From the human T2T-CHM13v2.0 reference genome, Homo sapiens, in NCBI RefSeq assembly GCF_009914755.1, contig NC_060928.1: DNA of 64,000 nt. One strand, 5' to 3'. The translations under genes were made by a program, and so were the position numbers. Below are positions 31,455 through 48,801 of the stretch, one piece after another (the first letter of the stretch is position 1; the number at the start of each line of letters is the position of its first letter). The notes beneath the pieces were generated by a model. The model searched no databases. It was not told where the DNA came from and was given only the letters and a program-made list of their open reading frames with translations.

Positions 31455-32387
31455 TGTGTATGTATGTATATATAATACATGATATTACACTACCTGTGTT
31501 ATACTAAAATATGGCATTACATATTTACACTAGAAGTCTCTCCTACTGGAACCCCTTGTGGGCAGGAACTTTCTTATCATCTGGTTTATTAGTTCCAGAT
31601 TGTCAAGCAGAAACATGAACTGTACAAATGGGTCTTTGGTAACCTCACTCTGACATACTCTGCTGTCTCTCCTAGCCCAGACATGAGGAGTCTACGTGTT
31701 TAGAAATGCCCCTCTGGAGAATAGATGTATTGAAAGGAAAAGCTTCAGTAATGAAAATAAAGCTGAAGATGAGTAAACTATATCCTGTAAAATGGATTAT
31801 CTAGATCCATATTACTTTTTGTGTGGATATACCTTTGCCATACCCTGACCAGTGGTGATGTCTCCTTAAGGTTTCTGTTTAGTATCAGCTGTGCTAGGGT
31901 CATCAAGAAAACTACTGAATGACTCTGATGAAACCTCTAACATTGCCAGTAAGAAAAGTAAGGCATAGAAGGATTAAGTGTTTTTCGTGGTCACCCAGAA
32001 TTGACAGGAACAAAGTCTTTTTCCTGCCTGTTCAATCTTCAAATTATGAAGTTTCTTATAGTTTGAGATAAGTAGATATTTTACCATGAAGCTCTAGTGC
32101 CTCTGAAGCTATAGTCTGAGAACATTCTCCATCATAGCCAATTCATTCAGTCAGTGGTTGCCTTGGTTAATACTGTAGCCTATTTGATTGTCATAATTTA
32201 CATAAAATATCAAATCAACCAAAAAAACCCAGATCATTTATGTTGTGGTCTAGTCACATGCATGAACATAAAACTCAATCTCGTGACCATGAATATGAAT
32301 AAAGACAATTTTCCTTTTGGAGTGGTATCCTAGCATCAGAGGATGTCCATTTGCCTGGAACACCTCCAAAAGCACCTGCTGTTAAAG

Positions 32388-32588
32388 TAGGGGTTAGCAA
32401 ACTATGGCCCATGGACCAAATTCATCCCACTGCCTGGTTTTGTAAATAAAGTTTTATTGGAACACAACCACTCCCACCCATTCTTTTACGTATAGTTCCT
32501 TTCACAAATGACAGAGTTGAGTAGTTACGGCAGGGACTAAAATATTTATTACCTGGCCTTTAAAGAAGGTGTTTGTCAAACTCTGTAT
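32388..32588. mobile_element. MER58A-like hAT MITE
   Basis: 'ggggttagcaaactatggccc...gtaaataaagttttattggaacac'. Confidence 0.8.
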
Positions 32589-32719
32589 TAGAGCATGTTT
32601 TCTTGTTAGGAAGCCTGGGTGCCCCTCTAATGTTGACTGATTTTAAATTGGCTACAGTCTCTTTTCAATGTTACCTCTCTGACTACAGAAACATCAAGGG
32701 GAAAAAAACCATCATGAAC

Positions 32720-33100
32720 AGAAGTTTTCAAGTATGACTGAGCAGAATTACCTGGGGAACATTTACAATAGAAATTTTTGGACCCATTCCCAGAGATCAT
32801 GATTCAGTAGGTCTGGAGTAGGGCCTGGGAAACTTACTTTGATACAAATGATTCTGGTGCACAGCCAGGAGCAAGAAACTTGAGGAAAGCACATGGAAGC
32901 TGGAAATGAAACAAGCAGGAAGTGAATTCTGATTCAGTCTTGCTGTGTAAACTTGGGTGAATTGCTTCACTGAGCCTTAGTTACCTCATCTGTAAAGTGG
33001 AAATAACAAGTTTTCCTTCACAGGGCTGTTCTGAGGACCAAAGAAGACAATAGTTATAAAATGTCCAGCACTGTGTTTGCACAGAGTAGACACTTGGTTA
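32720..33100. mobile_element. MER5A-like MITE (about 32720-32885) followed by a MIR
   Basis: 'gattcagtaggtctggagtagggcctgg...gattctggtgcacagcca'; MIR core 'ctcatctgtaaagtgg'. Confidence 0.7.
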
Positions 33101-33544
33101 ATGGTCCCTTCTTTCCTCCACTGGAGAATCCAGTGCCTTGGAAAGCACACCAGTTTGATTTTCTTCATTTTGTCTTGTGTATTATGTTTCCACTTCTGTT
33201 TATGTTAATTTTGCTCTTGTCAAACTATTCCCCAATCCACAAGTCCTTCTCCATGTATATTAAAGCTAGAGGTGTTTGATTTTTTTTTTTTTTTTTTTTT
33301 ACAAATTTGTTTCTCTGGGAAGCACCCAGAGAGCTGAATGACCCTAAATGGCTTGTTAGCCATATGACTGCCAATGGTCTTGATTAATTCTTTAAAACAT
33401 AATTAAGGCCAAGTTTTTAAGTACCTTTAGTGATTTTCTTAAAAACCTTGATATAAGATGATAGACTTTATACATTCAGAAGACAATCCATTGGACAAAT
33501 TGAGATGAAGTTTTGTGAGAATCTCTTTCTTTAGAAATGGAAAG

Positions 33545-34510
33545 ACTTGCTATTAGTTTTTCTTTCAATGTCTGGTAGAATTAAGCAGTGAATCCATCAA
33601 GTTCTGGGCTTTTCTTTGATGAGAGACTGTTTATTACACTTCAGTCTCATTGCTCATTATTAGTTTGTTGAAGTTTTCTGTTTCTTCATGTTCGATCTTG
33701 GAGTTTGTATGTGTCCAGGAATTTATCCATTTCTTCTAGGTTTTCCAACTTGTTGGTATATAGTTGTTCCTAATAGTTTCTAAGGATTCTTTGTGTTTCA
33801 GTAGTCTCAGTTGTTAGTCTCCTTATTTATTTCTAATTTCATTTAGGTCTGCGCTCTGTTTTTCTTAATCTACCTAATGGTTTGTCAATTTTATTTATCT
33901 TTTCAAAAAACCAACTTTTAATTTTGCTGATCTTCTGTATTTTTTGTCTCAATTTCATTTATTTCCGCTCTGATCCTTTTTATTTTCCTTTACTAATTTT
34001 GAGTCAGTTTGTTCTTGCTTTTCTAGTTCCTTGAGGTGCAAGATTATTCAGTTGAAGTCTTTCTACTTTTTTGGTATGAGTGTTTATTGCTATAAATTGC
34101 CTAACTCTTAGTGCTGCTTTTGCTGTATCCCACAGATTTTAGGATGTTACATTTAGTTGTTTCAGAAATTTAAAATTTTTCTTTTTTAATTTCTTTACTG
34201 ACCCATTGATCATTCAGGAACATGTTGTTTGATTTCCATGTGTTTGTATGTTTTCTGGTGTTCCTCTTGTTATTGATTTCTAGTTTTATTCCACTGTGGT
34301 CAGAAAAGAAATTGATATGATTTTGGGATTTGTTGAGGCTCGCTTTGTGGCTTAAGATATGGTCTGTTCTGGAGAATGTTCCATGTGTGGATACAAATAA
34401 TGTGTACTGTTCAGCAGTTGGGTGATTTGTTCTGTAAATGTCAGTTGGGCCTATTTAGTCTAGTGTATAGTTTAACTCCTATGTTTCTTTGTTGATTTTC
34501 TGTCTTGGTC
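33545..34510 (-). mobile_element. Old L1 ORF2 internal fragment
   Basis: Divergent homology to the L1PA3 ORF2 segment at about 18830-19750. Confidence 0.8.
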
Positions 34511-34514
34511 TCTT

Positions 34515-35021
34515 TGTCTTAACATCCTGACTGATTGAGAGTAAGCCATCTATAAGTAACAGACACTGTCGACGTTTTGCTCACCTGTCCTCCTGCCCCC
34601 TCTGAATTAACTGGCAGTCCTAGTAGACTTCTCAGCATGCTAACATCTTCCCACTTCAAGCAGCAGATCGTTCATCTGCTTCACCTGAGACCTTTCTCAG
34701 CTCCTTAGGAGCTTTCTCTCCAGGAGCCAAACACAACCTGGCAGTATGGGGTAGTGGATAATAACCCCAAGTCACCTGTCTGCAGTGGGACAATGCTGTG
34801 GGGTGTTCTACTTGATGCCTCAGAGGGTCACCACAGGGGTTGAGTCTCAGTTGCCCAACATGTTTATCTGCTCTTTGACGTACTCTTTACTGGCTTTTCT
34901 TTCTTCCCTGTCTCAGATTTCTCACTTCCTCACAGGACGTGTGGGATCATCTCCCAGATGAACTACCAGTTCCTAAGTATTTGTCTGAAGGTACGCTCTT
35001 TTGAAAATCAAAACTAAGACC
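34515..35021 (+). mobile_element. ERVL LTR16-like LTR
   Basis: 'gtgggatcatctcccagatgaactacca...aaactaagac' 3' end typical of LTR16. Confidence 0.6.
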
Positions 35022-35078
35022 AGTTTGGACCCAGGACATAACAGAGACCATGGTCTGGCTTTAAACGGGCCGCTTTAA

Positions 35079-37033
<1,955 letters not shown>

Positions 37034-37480
37034 TTTGCTTGTGCATTTCTAGCTTTAGCTTCTTTTTTGCAAGGGGAGCTTAATTATTAGGATCACAGCT
37101 GAGGCCCAAGATATAGGAAAAATAGCCTCTGAGCTCCAAGTTATGTCTATTCTGAATCTCTTGCACTTTGTTCACAGGTGAGCATCTTTAGGCCTCTCTT
37201 AGGACCTGCTAATCTTTTTCTTTGCATTGATGTAACAAACTTGTCTAAATAATTCCCAAATTTATAAATGTTAAAAGCAGCAAATTATAGAAAATTCAGA
37301 GGTTGCTATTAGTACTGCTGCAAATATGGTTGTTACTAGCCTGCTGGTAAACAAGAAGACATAAATTGCTCACAGTAAAAAGCACAGTAGTTTATGACCA
37401 TTAAGTGAAGGGGTGTGTAATCCTACATACATACAGACTCCAAGGGTTTTTTTCTATTTTAGCCTAGTACAATAACTGAT

Positions 37481-37891
37481 TGTCATGGTTAATTTTATGT
37501 GTCAACCTGTCTGGGTCATGGTGCCCAGATACTTGGTCAAACATTATTCTAGATGTTTCTCTGATGTGTTTTTGAATTACATTTAAATCAGTAGATTTCA
37601 AGTAAAGCAGATTTCCCTCTATGATGTGAGTGGGCCTCATCCAATCAATTGAAGTCCTGAGTAGAAAAAAAAAACTGATTTCCTCTGAGCAAGAGAGAAT
37701 TCTGCAGCACATGGCCTTTGGTCTTGAGCTATATTGGCTTTTTTTCTGGGTCTTCAGCCTGCTGCCCTCTCTGCAGATTTTGGACTTGCTAGCCTCTGTA
37801 ATTGTGTGAGCAAATTCTTTAAAATAAGTATCTTTCTCTACATATACGTACACATTCTATTGATTCTGTTTCCCTGGAGAACCCTAATACA
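37481..37891 (+). mobile_element. MLT2 (ERVL) solo LTR
   Basis: TG...CA ends; perfect 5-bp TSD CTGAT at 37476-37480 and 37892-37896. Confidence 0.9.
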
Positions 37892-37914
37892 CTGATATTT
37901 ATAATAATTTACCT

Positions 37915-38210
37915 CTTTGTTCAACACTTATTTATTGAGCACTTATTATGTGCCAAGTACCATTCTAGGAACTTGGAATGGATTATTAAACAATACAGGG
38001 TCTTACAGATTAAGACCCGACCCTGGTGTGCTTTTATTCTAGTGGGGGAAGATAAGTGGTAAAAAGTAAACATGAAGCATTAAATTATGTTCTAACATGC
38101 TAGAAGTGATAAGTGCTATAGAAAACAAAAGTAAAAGGAAGACAGTGTGAGGAGACATTGGGTCATTGGAGAAGGTTAAAATACAATCAATATATTGGGA
38201 AAGTAGGTAA
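37915..38210 (-). mobile_element. L2 3' fragment
   Basis: 'tttattgagcacttattatgtgccaagtaccattctagg'. Confidence 0.7.
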
Positions 38211-38249
38211 CTATGAAAGACTCACAAATGTGCAAATTGCTTTAAATTA

Positions 38250-41110
38250 AGCTTTTAATTTTGAGGTAATTATAATAAATGTGCAGTTGTAAGAAATAAT
38301 ATAAAAAGATCCTATGTACCCTTTATCCAGTTCCCTACTGTGGTAACATCTTGCAAATCTATACTAAAGATCACAACTGGCTATTAACACAAATGCAGTC
38401 AAGATACACAACAGGTGCATCACTACAGGTATTTCTCCTCCTGCCTTTTTATGACCACAGAGCCCTTCATTTCTTTCTTAACCATTACTATAATTTTGTC
38501 ATTTTGAGGATGTTTTATAAAAGGGCCTTATGGTGTGTAAGCTTTCAGAATTGGCTTTTTTCATTTGGCATAGATCCTTGACAATTCATTCATGTCATTG
38601 TGTATATCAATAATTCATTCCTTTTTATTGCTGAGTAGTATTCATGGTATTGATATACCACAGTTTGTCTCACCATTCACCCATTGAAGGGCATCTGAGT
38701 TGTTTCCTGTTTGGGACTATTATGAATCAATTTGCTATAATTTTCCATGTACACATTTTTATGTGAACATATGTTTTTATTACTTCATAATGAATGCCTA
38801 GCGGGTGCAGTTCCAGGGTCCTATGGTAGTTACATGTTTAGTTTTGTAAGAAACTGTCAAACTCTTCCAGAGTAGCTGTGCCATTTAAAATTCCCATCAG
38901 CAATGTATGAGTGATTCAGTTTTACTGCTTCCTCGCCAGCATTTGGTATTATAACTATTTTTAATTTCAGTCATTCTGATAAGTGTGTAATGATATCTCA
39001 TTGTGGTTTTCATCTGTACTTGACTAATGGCTAATGATCTTCCACATCTTTTCAGGTGCTTGTTTGCCATCTGTATATCTTCTGTAGTGAAATGTTTATT
39101 CATGTCCTTTGCCCATTTTCTAATTAGATTGTTTAGGTTTTTTTTTTTTAACTTCAGAGTTTGGAGAAATATATACATATATATATATATATTAGTTCTT
39201 TACTAGCTATGTGGTTTACAAATATTCTCTCCCAGTCTGTAGCTTGTTTTTTCATCCTTTCAACAGGATCTTTTGCAGAACAAAAGCTTTTACTTTTGAT
39301 GGAATTCAGTTTACCAATTTTTCCTTTTATGGTTCATGCTTTTGCTGTCAAGTGTAAGATCTCCTTGCCTAACCCTAAATCCTGAAGGTTCTTATCCTCT
39401 GTTTTTTCTTATAAGTTTTGTAGCTTTATGTTTTACATTTAAGTTTATAATTTTGAATTAATATTTGTATTAGGTGTGAAGCTTAGGTCAAGTTTCATTG
39501 TTTTTCCTATGGATTCAATTGCTTCAACACCATTCGTGAAAAGTCTCCATTTCTTTTGTTGAATTGCTTTTGTATAACTTTGTCGAAGATCAGATGGGGA
39601 TATATTTGTGGACCGATTTCTGGATTTTTATTCTCTTCTATTGATCTATGTGTCTATCCCTCCACCGAGACCACACAGTCTTAACTACTGTAGCTATATA
39701 ATATGTCTTAAAATCAGGAGGACTGATTCCTTCCACTTTATTATTTTGCAAAATGGTTTTAGCTATTCCAGTTCCTTTGCTTTTCCATTTAAATTTTAGA
39801 ATGAACCTATCTATGCCTACAAAAAATCTTGCTGGAGTTTTTATGGGAATCGCATTAAATGTGCATATCAATTTGAAGAGAATTGATGTATTTATTGTGT
39901 TGCTTTTTTCAAATCATGAACTCAGCATGTCTCTCCATTTATTTTGATCTGTAATTTATTTCATCAGTGTTTTGTAATTTTTAGCATACAAGCCCTGTGT
40001 ATGTTTTGTTAGATTTAAAACTAAGCATTTTTATTTTTCAATTGCAAATGGTATTTATTGCCTTTTAATTTTCAGTGTCTGTTGGGACAGTTTTAATTTC
40101 TTTATTTCCATTTTCACTTGCATGTCTTTTATTTCCATTGTTGTTGTTTGTTTTCACCTTACAGCACTGGCTAGAACTTCCATCCCTGTGGTGAATAAGA
40201 GTGATGAAAGTGGACACCATCGTATTATTGAATTGAAGGGGTGAGTGCCGCCTTATTACTGTCAGGTGTGGGAAGAAGTTCCACTTCCCCACTCGGCCTC
40301 CATTGACATCCAATGCTGGGAGGGTCCTCATTACTGGTGAGTAAGGTGAGAGCTCCAGATCTTTTCTGAGCTTCCACTGATACCTCCTTGGCTGGAAGAG
40401 GTAGGAATACCTTCTTACTTCTCCCCACATAACCCCCACCAACATCGTGGTGGAGAGGTGGAGGGCCAGCCCCACTACCACTGGGTTGTATTGAAAATCC
40501 TAACTTTCCACTAAGCCTCCTCGGACACCAACTTAGTGTGGAGTGGGAGGTGCACCCAGTTACTTCCATGTGGGGTGCTACTACTGCCCAGCAAAGATGA
40601 AGGTCCTATTTTTATATTCAGCCTCCTTTGATATCCTCTTTCTCCCAGTGGGGAACTGGGGAGCCTCATTACATCTCAGTTGGGATAGAAATCTAGGCTT
40701 TTTACTGGACTTTTGCAGACATGAGTGGAGCACAGAATTTTCTGCTGGGTTTGGCTGGAGATGAGCTGCTATTTTCTGGAAGTTTTCTGACTTGAAAGAT
40801 GGAAGCTTGGTTCGCTTGTTGGGTTGCCCTGTTCCTGGTTCTTTGGTGGAGGAAGCAGGCTTCTGTTGGGCTTTATTTTGTCTGTGCTTGCTCACATCTA
40901 CGGGCTGCTGGCTTCCTTAGGAACAGTTTGGGATATATGAGGGAAGGAGCTTGGGCCCTGAGTTCCCTAGCTGGCCTATCTTCTTCTCTCTACTTTTCAT
41001 AGCCTTCTCATATTTATTTTACCTATAACATCCAAGGTTTTAAGTGTGCTTAACAGAAGGAATAGGAAAAAGCACATTCACTCCATCTTCTCCAAAGTTG
41101 AAGTCCTTCA
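38250..41110 (-). mobile_element. L1MC-like element: 3'UTR plus ORF2 3' part (to about 40260) joined to an L1M 5'-end segment
   Basis: L1MC-type 3' end; ORF2 remnants translate (FNAIPIK, WAKDMNKHF); L1M 5'-terminal motif 'ctccatcttctccaaagttgaagtcc'. Confidence 0.75.
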
Positions 41111-41924
41111 TAAGTTTTTTAAATTTTCTATAGCTAAAATGACTAAATTTTTAGTTATCTAGAAAACTTTCCTATCCAAAGTGACTCATCAAGGACAACT
41201 GTAAAATTTTGTTTTACCACCTATGTTATTAAACTAGAGATTTCCCCCAGAGAGTAACATTTACTTTGCTTGGTATTCGGTTATAACTATCAGATATTTA
41301 AGGCTGAGTCACCTATTTCTAATAACCATGGTGATTGCACCAAATAATTACATATACAACATATGAAAGGCAGTCCTCCAGCCGAGGGATCTATGGAACC
41401 ACAGGTCTGTAGAACTAGAGAGAAGGAGAAAATCATTAAATCCTTCTGCACCGAGGGGTGGATATCTGAGTTGGCAGAGCAGGAGTTGAAGGTGCAGGTT
41501 TTGACATTTTGGCATGGAGTTGGCTGAGCTCAAATTTCTACCCTGTGTTTATAAGCTGGGTGACTTTAGGCAACTTATTTCATCTTATTTTTCCTCAGTT
41601 TCTATTATTTTAAAATGGAGATTATAATCATACATACTTCAGGGGACTGAGGTATGCATTCAATAAGTGAGTGTATATGAAACACTTATAACAATTATTG
41701 GCACATATGACCATTCAATGAATATTACCTACCATAATTACTCATATAGTATGATTTAGAGAGATTAGGAAGACTGCTTTCCACCTATTTTCCTGCCTAT
41801 TTTTCATCAGTAGCTGGGTTTCAACCACTGAGTAATTACTTAGGTGAAGGTATGGGCCCTATTAAATGCAAATTTCACAAGGCCTAGTGTATTATTCTGA
41901 AGGCATCTATACCTTGTATTAGAG

Positions 41925-42390
41925 AGATCTAACTATTGCCTCAGCTGTTGATGGCAGAGGCCCAAAATGACAGTGGCTTAAAGAAAGATGGAAGCTTGGT
42001 TTGATCTCATCTAAAAGTTCAGGTGGTCTGGAAGTTCTGGTCTGCAAAATTGCCAGGGCCCAGGCAGCTTCTGTCTCGTTGCTCTGCCATCTCTAACACG
42101 TTGTCCTTGTCTACATGGTGCTAGATGGCTCATCCTGTATCCATCCACCAAGCATCAGGATGGAGCAGAGACTAAGCAGGAAAGGATCCGCCTTCCTTTT
42201 AAGCACATGTCTCCAAAGAAGCCAGCGTCACTCCCACTCACATCCCATTGGCCAGATACACGTCACCTGGCCACATGTAGCTGCAAGTCAGGCTGGGCAT
42301 GGATTTCTTCAATGCAGTTGACTATGAGACTATCTAAAAATGCAGTTAATATGGAAAGAGAGTTTGCCCCACACTGCAGGGTGGATTAGT
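41925..42390 (-). mobile_element. Old MLT1 LTR
   Basis: 'ctcacatcccattggccagatacacgtcacctggccacatgtagctgcaag'. Confidence 0.65.
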
Positions 42391-42671
42391 GTATCTTCTA
42401 CTGCCTACCTTAAAACCCGTGAAGAATCTTCCTGATTCAAGCCCTGTATCCTCACTCTGTCTTCTTATTTGCCTTGCATATAAACAGTACCTCCTTCTGC
42501 TCTCATCAAAAGCCAGCATTACCAGGGCAACAGGGAGAAAAGTCAGTTGTCTCTGTTTTAGGGCAAAAGATCACCTTCTCTGTCATTCTTGGCTAACAAT
42601 ACTCACGTAGGTTTTGAAAACCTAGGTTATGCTGGCTTTGTGATGTTGGAATAATAGCTAATCTCTCTAAA

Positions 42672-42885
42672 CCAGTGGTTTTCAACGGGGGTAATTTTGC
42701 TCCCCAGGGGACATTTGGCAATGTCTATAGGCGTTTTCAGTTGTCCCAGTTGAGGGAGAGGGCTGTTTTAATGGGTAGAGGCCAGGAATGTGGCTAAATA
42801 TCCTACAATGCACAGAACAGCACCAACTTATAAAACGTTATGTGGTCTGAAAATATTAATAGTGTAGTGGCAGATAAGTTCTGCT
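42672..42885. mobile_element. MER20 hAT MITE inside a MIR
   Basis: 'cagtggttttcaacgggggtaattttgctccccaggggacatttggcaatgtct'. Confidence 0.85.
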
Positions 42886-43092
42886 TTAAGCTTTAGTTTC
42901 TTTCCTGAAAACTGGGACGAAATAGCACCTGCTTCATAGGTTATACGTGAGGAGCCTCTGAACCAGCACTTGTAAAGGATTTAGCCGAGTGCCTGGCCCA
43001 TGGTGGGTTCCAGACAACCTCTGTCCTCAGGGACTCTTAATCTTCTCCTTGTTTTATCTGACTTCTCTGCACTCATCTTCTTGCAATGTTTA

Positions 43093-43722
43093 TTATTATT
43101 ATTTTTAATTTTAGATTCAGAGGGTACATGTGCAAGTTTGCCACCTGGGTATATTGCATAATGCTGGTGTTTGGGCTTCTGATGATCTTGTCGCCCAGGT
43201 AGTGAACACAGTACTCCCAATTGGCAGTTTTTCAATCCTTTTCCACTCCCTGCCTCCCTCTCTTTGGAATCTCTAGTGCTTATTTTCCTATCTTTGTGTC
43301 TGTGTGTATCCAGAGTTTAGCTCCCACTTGTAAGTGAGAACACATGGTATTTGGTTTTGTTTCTGCATTACTTGGCTTAGTATAAATGGCCTCCCCTGCA
43401 TACATGTTGCTGCAAAGGACATGATTTCATTCTTTTTATGGCTGCATAGTATTCCATGTTGTGTATGTACCACATTTTCTTTATCCAGTTGCCACTTACT
43501 AGCACCTAGATTATTCCATGTCTTTGCTATTGTGATAGTGCTGGGATGAACATGTGAGTGCATGTGTCTTTTTGGAAGAACAATTTATTTTACTTTGAGT
43601 AAATACCCAGTAGTGGAGTTGCTGGGTCAAATGGTAGTTGTATTTTTAGTTATTTGAAAAATGTCCAGACTGCTTTCCATGGTGGCCGAACTAATTTGCA
43701 TTTTAACCAGCAGTGTGTAACG
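43093..43722 (-). mobile_element. 5'-truncated older primate L1 (L1PA14-16-like)
   Basis: 3'UTR plus ORF2 end; 17-bp TSD TCT(T/A)CTTGCAAT(G/C)TTTA at 43076-43092 and 43723-43739. Confidence 0.85.
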
Positions 43723-43945
43723 TCTACTTGCAATCTTTAATTAATAGTATGTATGTCTCTTGAGAAGGGGAAATGAGGGAAATTACATTTTACTGTGGAA
43801 CTGGTGGATACCAGAATTTTAACATAAATTACTTTATGTAAACATCTCCAAACCATGTGAAGTTGGCATTACTCTCCCCAACTTGGAAATGGGCCAGTGA
43901 GGCTCAGGGAGATCTCCTAACACCCTGCGAAAACAGAGTTAATCA

Positions 43946-44383
<438 letters not shown>

Positions 44384-44602
44384 AATGGCAAAGAGAATCT
44401 GAAGCACCAGAATGCTCTGGAGGAAGTCAGAAGAGACTGTTGCAGGGAACAAGGATGCAGTCACACTTTTTCCTCAGGTTGGGCTTGTAAAAGCAGCACG
44501 TACTTCAACCTGTTTAGGAGCCTTGGCCATGTTATCTTGTTCCCACAAAATGGTAGGCAGTGTTATCTTCTTTTTTCCTTGTTGAATCCTAGGAATTGGG
44601 TT

Positions 44603-45080
44603 TATATTAGTATCCTAAGGATGTTGTAAGAAATTACCACAAACTGAGTGAACTAATGCAATAGAAATTTACTCTCTTACAGTTCTGGATGCCAAAATTC
44701 TGAAATCAAGGTGTCGGTGGGGCCATGTTCCCTCTAGCCGCTCTAGAGAAGAATCCTTCTTTGCCTCTTCCAGCAATTGATGATTGCTGGCAATTCTTGG
44801 CATCCCTTGGCTTGTGGCTGCATCACTCCCATCTCTGCCTTTGTCTTCACTGGCTTTCTTCCCTGTGCATCTGCATCTCTGCATCTCTGTATCTCTACGT
44901 GGACTTCTCATAAGGACAGCAGTCATTGGATTTTTGCTGATTGTAATCCAGCATGACTTCCTCTTAATTTGATTACATCTGCAAAGACTATTTGCAAATG
45001 AAGGCACATTCACTGGATTCACTGGTGCTGGGGGTTAGGACTTAATAATAGCTCTTGGAGGGACACAATTCAACCCATGA
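44603..45080 (-). mobile_element. MLT1C-like solo LTR
   Basis: 'aattaccacaaactgagtg...gacacaattcaacccatga'. Confidence 0.82.
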
Positions 45081-46900
45081 TGGGTCTAAACAATGTTTTA
45101 TAATTGATATAAAAGCTAAACCATGTTTTCTTAAAACAACTAGAAACTTCTAACCCAGTGGCAACTTTGGGTGTGCAAGAGAGCTCAAAGCAAACTCTCA
45201 GTTTCCTGGCAAGAGAGGAGGCCTCCACTCTGTCACCCCATGGAGACTCCTCCTTGATACTGACATTATTGCAATACATGCAAAACACACAAAAAAATCA
45301 CCTTAGAGTTTGGGAAGGATGAGGATATTTAATGGCAGCAATATAAGTAATTTTTTTTGCCTCTGCATATACTCTTTTTTAATTAAAAAAATAAAAACGG
45401 AAAAACAGATTGGGGTAAAAGCTCTTTAGTTTTTAGAGGTGATATGAAAGGAGAAAACCTGTATGGCTTCTGGTCTTTATACAGTGCATTGGAACAGAAA
45501 GTCTTAATTATACCAATCAAGGTGACATCCTTTTCCACTGAACTATGTATTATATTTTCCCTTCAAGACAAAGATGAACATTTATGCAATTAAAATAGGC
45601 TGATTGAAAAAAATCCGTGTCAGGCATAAGCTCGGATTTATACTTTTGGGCTCAATTGACTGGGGAACATTAAAAAAACTGCACAACTGAGCAAAAATGG
45701 TCTCTTTTCAGCACATATTTTGAACAGGAAAGAGGAGTTTGCTTTCCCCTGCATTCAGCAACCCAGCTCCCCTCCTCATTAGTCCAGTGCAGAGTTGGGG
45801 CTGCTCCCTCAGGTCCTCATCAGCTTACTCAAACATGCTGTAAAATTGATCTGACAGCCCATGAAAGGGAGTTTAGAGGCAGGGAGGGAAGGACATGAGA
45901 GAGCTAAGATTTTGGTGACATGGAACTCTGTATTTTCAAGGCTATCATCATATTTGCCTAGTATTAAGGGCTGTGACATTAGCAAGGCCCTCTGATCTTT
46001 GGGCTACAAAATTGTTGTGACAAGGGCCCTATGTGTGTCTGTGTGTATATGTGTGTGTGTTGAGGGGTATCTTTTGAGTCCTGAGTTTGAAAATACTTAT
46101 TTGTAATAATGGGAAAGAAAGTTCTCTGTGATTGAAGGCTGAATCCTTTTGACATGAAGAGCAAAGACAATTAGCATTTGTTGATCATTTGTTAAATTTC
46201 AGATGCTTTCATTTTTTTTCTTTTAATCACCATGATAATCCTTGAGGTTTGTATTATTATTACCCCATTATACAGATTAGGGCACAGAGACCAAGAAAGA
46301 TATTTGACATATTTAGCAATTGGAAAAACACAGGCAGAGACGATTTGGAGGTACTCTGGCCATAGGTCCTGGAGTTCCCCAGGAGCAAGTTAGGATGGCT
46401 GGGGCCATGGGAAGGTACACCAAGGAATCTTGGGGCAACAACTATTTATAATCACAAAAATATTTCAACTGCCACCAGAGCAAACCAGGTAAATTGGCTC
46501 TGTTTGGAAGAAAAGTTTGCTTTCCCTAAGACAAGCAGTTAGTCACATGGTCTGACTTGGGGTTTGAACTCAGCTCGTTTTACTGCAAATATAATACTCT
46601 TTCCAATATGCCACACTCTCGTCTCCTCACTCTATCCTTCCTGTGAGGTCAGAGCCTGCAAATGTGTCTGGAGGAGGAACAGTGGCAGATATTATCGGGG
46701 GTGAATGAGGTCAGAGGCTTTCCTGTGAATATCTTTGTCAAGGTGATGGAAAAAGTTTCCAGGAACCTTTAGAATGTGTGTCGTGTATCATGAGGATTGG
46801 AGACTACAAAAGAGGAAAAGGTGTTCAAATTCAGAGTTGGATAATTAAAAACAAATATTGTCAACATCAATAATTTTCCCCAGAGTTGCTCCTCCTTTTA

Positions 46901-47346
<446 letters not shown>

Positions 47347-48801
47347 AAGATTTTGGTTCCCCCACACACAAAAAATAGAGTTTGAAATTTAGTGAATTAA
47401 TTGTATTCCATGGCTTTTTCTTTACAGATAGATTCAGGTCTCATAAAAAACTATGCCATCTGTACACATTCTGATATGTACAGCAAAATGCTGTCATTTT
47501 CTTTCAACTGGCAACCCCAAGCTACAAACAAAAACATGCTGGTGGAAATTAAAGGAAATGCCCTCTCTATCCAATTGAAACAGAGAGATGTGTAAAATCC
47601 TTTCTTTTCTTTTCAAGTAAGGGCACAAAACAACATTCCCTTCTCTAAACACAAATAGAAATTTACTCACTGGCTTGGAAAAAACAGGCCAAGAATGGAC
47701 ACTTTTTCCTCTCCAGAGATCAGTGCAGCTCTTATCTCTATTTAAAAACCTTTGAATCTGTGCTTCCTGCTGTTATCTTACATTTTTTAATTTCATCTAT
47801 TTCACTATGCTGTTTTCCTCAGTGAACTAGTACCACCTCTCCCTTCCTTCTTGCAGATTCAAACCTCTTCTGTGATAATCATAGAACTGTAGCATCAGAA
47901 GGCAATTCCCTAAGTGTGGTCTGCCCACATCCCTGGTGGTAAGCCAAATGATCGTAAGTGGTAGAGCGGCAATTACTTTTAAAAAATTTGACAGTCATAT
48001 ATCTATTTCAATGTATAGCAAATATAGAATTGGAACATCAAACTATGATTTTATAGATATTATTGCCTAGGACCATGCTAAGTTTCAGAAGTGAATCTAT
48101 TTAGATCAATAAAAATATATTAAGAAAGTAGTGGCATAGGTGGTGTGTCACTCTAACAGAGCATAAACCAGTTGGGAGACAATCCTACCGAGGTCTGAAG
48201 TGGCATTCTCACACATGGACTATGTTCTCAGCAGCTGGGCAGCTAGCTTCTGCTCATGAGGAGCAGAGGTAACTGGAGTAGCATAGTCTGCATGAGGATT
48301 GAGCAGACCCAAACACAAGTTGAGAGAGGCTGGGCATTAGAAGAACAAATATCTCCTTTTAAGATTGTTCAACCTGACAGTCTGTTCTCAATGTGAACTC
48401 AAGAGGCTGCTTCCTCTACGTGCCCATGCAAAGCACAAATCTGAGATCTTACTATTCCAATTTGAGGAAGAGCCACCTGCACCTTGGAAAAACGGAAGCG
48501 CGTGCAAAAGCCTGAGAACCAGCTGGTTGCAGGCCTGTGCCAGGCCTTTGTGCACTAGGTGTGCCTGGGTCGGGGGAGAAGTCCATGGGGCTGAGCTCAG
48601 GCAGGCCAGTTCTCCGTGTATGTGGTAACAAGAAGGTAAAGGAACAAGAAAAGCTGTTGAACCAGCCATAAATTGGCTGTCTTCCGTGGTATTCAGTGTC
48701 CTGTTTATGACTGTAAATTGGGTATATCTTTATCACAACTGTGCTTTTGGGGAAAACAGGAAGTATTTCTCCTAAGGAATGGGTTTACACAGAATATTTG
48801 G

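Noticed and set aside
33280-33300. Isolated poly(T) run, and poly(A) at about 50345-50365, as truncated retrocopies
   Set aside because: No TSD or element body visible.
39168-39192. (TA)n inside L1MC as another templated-insertion site
   Set aside because: No embedded foreign segment or fold-back seen; ordinary slippage.
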